A stretch of 64,000 nt of DNA. Origin: Candidatus Sericytochromatia bacterium. Lineage in GTDB: Bacteria; Cyanobacteriota; Sericytochromatia; S15B-MN24; UBA4093. A program made the position numbers and the translations under genes. Every line of letters starts with the position of its first letter. Within the stretch, counting starts at the first letter, position 1. Below the pieces are notes generated by a model that saw nothing but the letters and a program-made list of their open reading frames with translations, ran no database searches and was not told where the DNA came from. Of the stretch, positions 57,558 through 64,000 are shown piece by piece. Where the stretch lies: positions 1 through 64,000 of the forward strand of contig JAKFBU010000019.1 in NCBI GenBank assembly GCA_036676985.1. Direction: 5' to 3'.

Positions 57558-59129
57558 ATGAAGAAGCACCCTCTCGCCCTGATGCTGGCGGCCTGGCTCA
57601 TCCTCGCCCCGGCCGCCCATGCCAAGCCCCAGGTCCTGCGCCTGGGCCTGCAGGACAACCCGAGCACCCTGGATCCGGCCCTCGCCTCCAACGTGCCGGC
57701 CATCGGCGTGAGCCACTGGCTCTACAACGGGCTTGTCACCTTCGACGCCCAGGCGCGGATCGTGCCCGATCTCGCCGAGCGCTACGTCGTGAGCCCGGAC
57801 GGCAAGCGCTACACCTTCACCCTGCGGCGCGGCGTGCGCTTCCACGACGGCAAGGCCCTCACCTCGGCGGACGTCCGCTACTCGCTCAACCGCCTGCTCT
57901 TGCCCGAAACCAAGTCCCCGGGTGCCAGCTTCTACCGCGCCATCGTGGGCGCGCCGGCGGCCCTCGACGGCAAGGCCAAGTCGGTCGCGGGCATCCAGGC
58001 CCCCGACGCCCGCACGGTCGTCATCGCGCTCACCGAGGCGCAGCCCACCTTCCTGCAGGTCCTGGGCCTCAACTACGCGGCCATCGTGCCCCAGGGCGCG
58101 GGCGAGCGCGAAGGCTTCGCCAAGGCCCCCGTCGGCACCGGCCCCTTCCGCCTCAAGGAGTACACGAGCGGCCAGCGGCTCGTCTTCGAGCGCAACCCGC
58201 ACTACTTCAAGGCCGGCCTGCCGAAGCTCGCCGCGGTCGAGGTACAGCTCGGCCTCAACGAGCAGGTCGAGGCCCTGCGCTTCGAGCGCGGTGACCTGGA
58301 CGCCATCGGCCTGTTGCGAGCCATCGGGGCGGCGGACTTCGCGCGGCTCGCGAGCAACCCCGAGTGGCGGCAGCGCTTCCTCACCAAGCCCGACCATGCC
58401 ACCTACTACGTGGGCATGAACAACCGCATCAAGCCCTTCGACGACGCGCGCGTCCGCCGGGCCGTCTCCATGGCCATCGACAAGCGCCGGCTGGTCAAGC
58501 TCGTCAACGGCCGGGGCGTGCCCGCCCTGGGCTTCCTGCCCCCGACCCTGCCGGGCGCCAACCCCCAGGTACAGGGCAATCCCTACGACCCCGCGCGCGC
58601 CAAGGCCCTCTTGGCCGAGGCGGGCTATCCGCACGGGTTCCAGACCACCTACTGGTGCTCCAACTCCCAGACGGCCATGAAGATCGCCCAGTCCATCCAG
58701 TACGACCTGTCGCGGATCGGCATCCAGGCGACGCTGCGGCCCCTGGCCTTCCCCATGTTCCTCGCGGCGGTGGGCCGTGAGGGCAACGTCCCCATCTTCA
58801 CGGGCAACTGGAGCCAGGACTTCCCGGATCCGGCGAACTTCCTGGGCACCATCTTCTCGAGCCGGGCCATCCGCAGCGTCAACTCGCTCGACACCACCTT
58901 CTTCTCGGACGCCACGGTGGACCGCCTCCTGGACGCGGCAGCAGGCACCATGCACGAGCCCACGCGCTTCGACCTCTACCGCAAGGTCGAGCACCGCGTG
59001 CTCGCGCTCTCTCCGGTGGCCCCCCTCTTCCATCCCAAGCGCTTCGCGCTCGCCCAGCCTGGCGTCAAGGGGCTCGAGCTGCACCCGGTCTGGCCCGTGG
59101 ACGCCGAGCGCATCGAGGTGACCCGATGA
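57558..59129 (+). CDS. ABC transporter substrate-binding protein, family 5
   Basis: TLDP, YTFTLRRGVRFHDG, PVGTGPF, YDPARAKALLAEAG. Confidence 0.93.
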   Translation: MKKHPLALMLAAWLILAPAAHAKPQVLRLGLQDNPSTLDPALASNVPAIGVSHWLYNGLVTFDAQARIVPDLAERYVVSPDGKRYTFTLRRGVRFHDGKALTSADVRYSLNRLLLPETKSPGASFYRAIVGAPAALDGKAKSVAGIQAPDARTVVIALTEAQPTFLQVLGLNYAAIVPQGAGEREGFAKAPVGTGPFRLKEYTSGQRLVFERNPHYFKAGLPKLAAVEVQLGLNEQVEALRFERGDLDAIGLLRAIGAADFARLASNPEWRQRFLTKPDHATYYVGMNNRIKPFDDARVRRAVSMAIDKRRLVKLVNGRGVPALGFLPPTLPGANPQVQGNPYDPARAKALLAEAGYPHGFQTTYWCSNSQTAMKIAQSIQYDLSRIGIQATLRPLAFPMFLAAVGREGNVPIFTGNWSQDFPDPANFLGTIFSSRAIRSVNSLDTTFFSDATVDRLLDAAAGTMHEPTRFDLYRKVEHRVLALSPVAPLFHPKRFALAQPGVKGLELHPVWPVDAERIEVTR

Positions 59130-60043
59130 ACGGCCTGATCCGACGACTGCTCCTCGCGGTGGGCGTGTGGCTCGGGGTCGCGACCCTGACCTTCGGCCTC
59201 ATGTACCTGGTGCCCGCCGACCCGGCCCAGACCATGGCGGGCGCCCAGGCGGATCCCGCGACGGTGGCGAGCATCCGCGCCCAGCTCGGGCTCGACGACC
59301 CCATGCTCGTGCAGTACGGTCGCTACCTGGGCGGCATCCTGCACGGCGACTTCGGGCACTCCTTCGTCACGGGCGACGCCGTGCTGCCCACCATCCTCTC
59401 GCGCCTGCCCGCGACGTTGCTGTTGGCCTTCGGGGCCATGGTCGTCTACCTGCTCCTGGGCGTCTCCTTCGGCATCATCGGGGGCCTCAAGCCCGGGTCC
59501 GCGGCCGACCGGGTCGGCATCCTCATCGCCGTGGGCGGCGTCTCCGTGCCCACCTTCTGGCTCGGGCTCGTCCTGCTCTACCTCTTCGCCTACCAGACGC
59601 CCCTGTTGCCGCTCGGCGGCTACGGCACCCTCTGGCACCTCATCCTGCCGGCGCTGACGCTCGGCATCGGCGGGGCCGCCTACTACGCGCGCCTGTTGCG
59701 GGCGTCTCTGGCGGACGTCATGCGCAGCGACTACATCCGCACCGCACGGGCCAAGGGCCTCGGCGAGGCCCAGGTGGTCGCCCGGCATGCCCTCCGGAAC
59801 GCCGCCCTGCCGGTGGTGACGCTCTTCGGCCTGGACTTCGCCCACCTGCTGGCGGGCGCGGTGCTCACGGAGAGCATCTTCGCGTGGCCCGGCATCGGCT
59901 CGAACGCCATGCAGGCGATCGCCACCCTGGACGTCCCGATGATCATGGGCACCGTCCTCTTCGCCGCGACGGCCATCGTCGTGGTCAACCTCTTGATCGA
60001 TCTGGCTTACGGCCTCCTCGATCCCCGGCTCCGCGGCGCCTAG
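59126..60043 (+). CDS. peptide/nickel ABC transporter permease (DppB/OppB-like)
   Basis: LGLDDP..QYGRYL, DYIRTARAKGL, HALRNA, LLDPR. Confidence 0.93.
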   Translation: MNGLIRRLLLAVGVWLGVATLTFGLMYLVPADPAQTMAGAQADPATVASIRAQLGLDDPMLVQYGRYLGGILHGDFGHSFVTGDAVLPTILSRLPATLLLAFGAMVVYLLLGVSFGIIGGLKPGSAADRVGILIAVGGVSVPTFWLGLVLLYLFAYQTPLLPLGGYGTLWHLILPALTLGIGGAAYYARLLRASLADVMRSDYIRTARAKGLGEAQVVARHALRNAALPVVTLFGLDFAHLLAGAVLTESIFAWPGIGSNAMQAIATLDVPMIMGTVLFAATAIVVVNLLIDLAYGLLDPRLRGA

Positions 60044-60272
60044 GCCGTTCCCAGGCCGTTAACCATTCTTAAAGCAAGATCGGCGCAAGACCTTCCGACA
60101 AAGCAGCCAGACGGAGGAACAGCCCTCCTGGTGTCAAATTTTGGCCCGGGGCTAGGCGCTTGTTCGCTTTGTGTGCTAACCTGTTAAGCAGGGGTAAATT
60201 GGCACGTCCGTCCTGGACCCAACGAGGGGTCCAAATGCTGGCAACGGTCCTGTTGAAGCGGAGGATGCGCGG

Positions 60273-61016
60273 ATGGAAAAGGCGTTCAAGGGGGCTACGC
60301 CTCAGCAAAAGGCCAAGATCGTCGAGGATTACCTCCCGCTGGTCAAGAAGATCGCTCGCGGTCTCGCCCGACGCAGCACGGACCCGGTCGAGGATCTGAT
60401 CCAGGTGGGCTCCATCGGCCTCCTCGAGGCCATCGAGCGGTACGAGACCGGCCACAACACCGAGTTCAAGACCTACGCCGTCCACTTCATCACCGGTCAC
60501 ATCCGGCACTACCTGCGCGATCGCCAGAACCTCCTGCGCGGCCCGCGGGTCCTGCAGGAGCTGAGCTACCGCCTGAGCCAGGTCACGGCCAAGCTCACGC
60601 AGGAGTTCGGTCGCGAGCCGACCAACCAGGAGCTCTCGAGCGCCCTCTCCGTCACTCCCGAGCAGGTGGACGAGGTCAAGCTCTACGACCGTCGCGTCAC
60701 GGTGCTCTGGCTCGACCAGGAAGGCAACGACGGCGATGACGACGAGCAGCGCTCCCTCCTCGAGAGCCTCTCGGATCCGCGCTTCTCGGCCGACAGCCGG
60801 GATGAGATCGACGAGAAGCTGGTCCTCAGCGAGGCCATGGCCCGGCTGCCCCAGGCCCAGCGCGAGCTCCTCGAGATGCGCTACTTCCACGACCTGACGC
60901 AGGCCGAGCTCTCGCGCCGCCTCGGCATCTCCCAGATGGAGGTCTGCCGCCGCCTCAAGAAGGCCGAGAAGCAGCTGAGGACGGTGCTCACCCCCATCAA
61001 CCGCACCAACGCCTAG
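60273..61016 (+). CDS. group 3 sigma factor, SigB/SigF/SigG family
   Basis: EDLIQVGSIGLLEAIERYE, FKTYAVHFITGHIRHYLRD, LTQAELSRRLGISQM. Confidence 0.92.
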   Translation: MEKAFKGATPQQKAKIVEDYLPLVKKIARGLARRSTDPVEDLIQVGSIGLLEAIERYETGHNTEFKTYAVHFITGHIRHYLRDRQNLLRGPRVLQELSYRLSQVTAKLTQEFGREPTNQELSSALSVTPEQVDEVKLYDRRVTVLWLDQEGNDGDDDEQRSLLESLSDPRFSADSRDEIDEKLVLSEAMARLPQAQRELLEMRYFHDLTQAELSRRLGISQMEVCRRLKKAEKQLRTVLTPINRTNA

Positions 61017-61088
61017 CGCCTGCGGCCGAACCGTATTAGACTCGAGGGCCGGGGCAACCCGGCCCTCTTCCCTTCAGAAAGACCCGCC

Positions 61089-62120
61089 TTGGAGACCGCC
61101 CTGCCCATCACCGCCGCCACGCAACAGCTGCTCATGGGCCGCTCCATGCAGCGGGCCGAGGCCCGTGCAGTTCTGGCGGGCATCTTCTCGGGCGATACGA
61201 GCCCGGTGCAGGTGGCGAGCTTCCTCACGGCCCTGCGCATGAAGGGCGAGAGCCCCGAGGAGGTCGCGGGCATGGCCGAGGCCATGCGCGACCACGCGGT
61301 GGCCGTACCCGGCGAGTGGCCGGATCTGCTGGATACCTGCGGCACGGGGGGCGATCGCTCCGGGACCTTCAACATCTCGACCACCGTGGCCTTCGTGGCG
61401 GCGAGCCAGGGCCTCAAGGTCGCCAAGCATGGCAACCGCTCGGCCTCCAGCCAGTGCGGGAGCGCGGACGTGCTCGAGGCCCTCGGGGCCCACATCGAGC
61501 TGTCACCCGAGCATGCCGCCCGGCTCTTGGACCAAGAGGATCTCACCTTCCTCTTCGCGCCCCGCTATCACCCGGCCATGCGCCACGTGGGCCCCATCCG
61601 CAAGGAGCTGGGCTTCCCCACCGTCTTCAACCTGCTCGGCCCCCTGTGCAACCCGCTGAAGCCCCATCGCCAGGTGCTCGGCGTGTACAAGCCCGAGCTC
61701 GTGGACCTCATGGCGGGTGCCCTCAAGGCGCTCGGCGTCCGGCGCGCCCTGGTGGTGCACGGCCACGGCGGCCTCGACGAGCTCTCGCTCGCGGGCCCCT
61801 CCCAGGTGGCCGAGATCCGCGAAGACGGCACCTTGCACCGCTACCTGGCGGATCCTACGGCGTACGGCCTGGCACCCGCCCCGATCCAGGCGCTGGTGGG
61901 CGGGGATGCGCCCACCAACGCCGCCATCATCCGCGGCATCCTCGCCGGGGAGATCCGAGACGCCCGGCGCGCGGCCGTGGTCTGGAACGCCGCTGCCGCC
62001 CTCCTGGTCGGAGGAGTGGCAACCGATCTGGCGGAGGGCGTGGCGATCGCCTCTCGAGCCCTCGACTCGGGGGCGGCCATGCGCAAGCTGGAGGCCTTCA
62101 CGGCCGCCACGCGCGCCTGA
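61089..62120 (+). CDS. trpD: anthranilate phosphoribosyltransferase
   Basis: DTCGTGGD, NIST, KHGNRSASS, FNLLGPLCNP, GLDE. Confidence 0.96.
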   Translation: METALPITAATQQLLMGRSMQRAEARAVLAGIFSGDTSPVQVASFLTALRMKGESPEEVAGMAEAMRDHAVAVPGEWPDLLDTCGTGGDRSGTFNISTTVAFVAASQGLKVAKHGNRSASSQCGSADVLEALGAHIELSPEHAARLLDQEDLTFLFAPRYHPAMRHVGPIRKELGFPTVFNLLGPLCNPLKPHRQVLGVYKPELVDLMAGALKALGVRRALVVHGHGGLDELSLAGPSQVAEIREDGTLHRYLADPTAYGLAPAPIQALVGGDAPTNAAIIRGILAGEIRDARRAAVVWNAAAALLVGGVATDLAEGVAIASRALDSGAAMRKLEAFTAATRA

Positions 62121-62271
62121 ACGGAACACGCGACCTCCATCCACCTGAACGCAGCCTCATCACGCCACCCTTCCGATAAGGGGCAGGCGGCATGGCAACG
62201 TAAGAGGGGATTAACCCCCGATTGTGTCCCTCGGAGGCGCAAAAAATCTCACTTTTTTTGAAGAAAAGGGC

Positions 62272-62300
62272 TTGCGCTTTCCCAAGCTTGCCCCTATAAT
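62272..62300 (+). promoter_or_regulatory. strong sigma70 promoter of HU with AT-rich UP element
   Basis: TTGCGC-N17-TATAAT preceded by A/T tracts. Confidence 0.75.
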
Positions 62301-62403
62301 CGCGGGTATGTAAGGGAAGCTGGCTCGTCATGCGGCTTTCAGGGGATTACCCCGGGGTCGGAGCCAAGTTTCACGCCGCTTTAGGCAGAAGGGAATTCGT
62401 GGG

Positions 62404-62712
62404 ATGAACAAAGAAGAACTCATCAAGCAGATCAGCCAGAAGGCGAAGGTTTCCCAGAAGGAAGCCGGTGAGTGCCTGAACGCCACCATCGAGGCGATCT
62501 CGGCCGCTCTCGCCAAGGGCGACAAGATCACGCTCGTTGGCTTCGGCACCTTCCAGGTCCGCCAGCGCGCCGCCCGCGAGGGCCGCAACCCCCGCACCGG
62601 CGCGGTCCTGAAGATCCCCGCCAAGAAGTCGCCCGTCTGGACGGCTGGCAAGACCCTCAAGGAGCGCGTCGAGGGCAAGAAGGCCAAGGCCGCTGCCGGC
62701 AAGAAGAAGTAA
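62404..62712 (+). CDS. hup: DNA-binding protein HU
   Basis: MNKEELI, GFGTF..RAAREGRNPRTG. Confidence 0.96.
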   Translation: MNKEELIKQISQKAKVSQKEAGECLNATIEAISAALAKGDKITLVGFGTFQVRQRAAREGRNPRTGAVLKIPAKKSPVWTAGKTLKERVEGKKAKAAAGKKK

Positions 62713-62750
62713 GCATCCTGCGGCCATTCGCCGCGGTTGAGCTAGCTTCC

Positions 62751-62787
62751 ACCCCCGGGTCCCACGGACCCGGGGGTGCTTCTTTTC
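62751..62787. terminator. bidirectional terminator
   Basis: acccccgggtcc-cac-ggacccgggggt followed by a T-rich tail. Confidence 0.75.
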
Positions 62788-62792
62788 GGGGC

Positions 62793-64000
62793 TTACTTCT
62801 TGGCCGGCGCCTTCTGGACCTTGGCTGTCACGGGCTTGGGGGCCTCCTGCTTGGCGCCCACCGTGAACTTGAGCCCGAGCCCCACCAGCGCGAGCACCAG
62901 CACGGCCGCCACCGTGGCGATCGCCGCCTTCGGCACCCCCGTCTGGCCCTTGATGGCCTTCTTGGCCGGAGGGGCGAGCTTGGCCGTCTGAGCCTTGATC
63001 GGAGCCGTCGGCGCGCCCCGGCGCGGTGCGGCCACCTCCTCCTCGCTGTCGCCTCCGCCCGCCGCCAGCTGGTTGCGCCGGACGATCTGGGCCTCCAGGG
63101 CCGCGAGGACCTGCTCGGGCGTACAGAACCCCTTGGAGACGAGGATCTGGCCGATCGGCCGCGGGTCCAGCACCTGGAGCTGCAGCGCCTCTCCGAGCTG
63201 CTCCGAGTTGAGGGCCCCCTGGTTCACGAGCGTCTCGCCGAGCCTCGCAATCCCCGTCTGGGTGAGCCGCTTCTTCTGGGACTGCCAGCCGAGCACCCCC
63301 TGCAGATCCTGGTGCGTGATGAGCCCCATGTTGATGAGGACCTCGCCCAGGGGCACCCGGCGCTTGGTCTGCTCGTCGGCGAGCGCCTGGAGCATGTCCG
63401 TGCGCGTGAGCTTCTTGCGGGCCACCAGCAGCTCGCCGAGCATGTCCGCCTCGGGGAGCATCACGTTCAGGGCCCGCTGGGACTTAACGGCCGCCTGCAA
63501 ATCCGCCGTCGAGCAGGCCTTGAGCTGGGAGACGAGGATCTCGCCCACCGGCTTCTTCAGCTTCGGCTGCAAGGAGAGGGCCTCTTGCAGCTGCACCGGG
63601 GTCACGACCCCCTTGGCGAGCATGATGGCGCCCAGGCGCTCGTGGAAGGGACGTGCTCCCGGCTTGGCGATCCGGAAGTCGCCCACCACCGCCGAGACCA
63701 TGGCCTCGAAGTTCGAGATGCCGAGCCGCAGGATCGTCTGGCCGAGGGTCTCACCGCCCTCGCGCAGCTCGAGCGCGTCGTTGATGAGCTCCTGGTCGAG
63801 GGCGTTGTAGGAGGCGAGGATGCCGGCGAGGCTCGTGTCGGGAGGCTTGGCGCTGACGTCGTAGCCCCTGAACTCCGAGAGCCGCGCGAGGAACTGGCTC
63901 CAGCTGTAGAGCTTGCCCATCGTCAGGTCGTCGCCGGCGTTGCGCTCGCGAAAGAGGGCGTCGTCGCTCACCTTGGGCATGACCTTGTCCAGGTCCGTCC
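62793..64000 (-). CDS. membrane-anchored protein with multiple MshEN (GSPII_N-like, c-di-GMP-binding) motifs; 5' end probably outside the window
   Basis: repeats such as RLGAIMLAKGVVTPVQLQEALSLQ and RLGETLVNQGALNSEQLGEALQLQ; C-terminal TM; frame open to the window edge. Confidence 0.8.
   Translation of the reverse strand, partial: TDLDKVMPKVSDDALFRERNAGDDLTMGKLYSWSQFLARLSEFRGYDVSAKPPDTSLAGILASYNALDQELINDALELREGGETLGQTILRLGISNFEAMVSAVVGDFRIAKPGARPFHERLGAIMLAKGVVTPVQLQEALSLQPKLKKPVGEILVSQLKACSTADLQAAVKSQRALNVMLPEADMLGELLVARKKLTRTDMLQALADEQTKRRVPLGEVLINMGLITHQDLQGVLGWQSQKKRLTQTGIARLGETLVNQGALNSEQLGEALQLQVLDPRPIGQILVSKGFCTPEQVLAALEAQIVRRNQLAAGGGDSEEEVAAPRRGAPTAPIKAQTAKLAPPAKKAIKGQTGVPKAAIATVAAVLVLALVGLGLKFTVGAKQEAPKPVTAKVQKAPAKK

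Noticed and set aside
60199-60255. Sigma54 promoters (TGGCAC) here and at ~4977 and ~53070
   Set aside because: The -12 TTGC element is missing or mis-spaced in each case.

Overview
A GC-rich (roughly 68-70% by eye) chromosomal segment, mostly core genes: queF, gmk, lepA, thrS, gyrB, alpha2-type glycyl-tRNA synthetase, ppdK with its regulator, trpD, HU and an mglBA pair. It also carries many lipoproteins, exported hydrolases and nucleotide second-messenger genes. Cyanobacteria-like LepA/GyrB, a DUF1997 gene and a SigF-like sigma factor at high GC suggest a non-photosynthetic cyanobacterial relative such as Sericytochromatia (inference only). I saw no rRNA, tRNA, CRISPR array, transposase or prophage. 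The strongest hidden signals are: (1) a nuclease-free tandem HARE-HTH protein with a histone-H1-like tail, whose promoter holds 16 GATC sites in about 260 bp, partly helically phased, making it a candidate methylation-reading chromatin module; (2) a rhodanese selenoprotein split by an in-frame UGA and followed by a SECIS-like hairpin; (3) 11-bp-phased TTAA (Pho-box-like) repeats upstream of most exported-protein genes; (4) a SigB/SigF-type promoter set including mglBA-diguanylate cyclase; (5) a tRNA-Thr-mimic hairpin in the thrS leader; (6) a PopZ-like repeat protein after lepA. All calls come from reading the sequence and recognising motifs; no searches were run.
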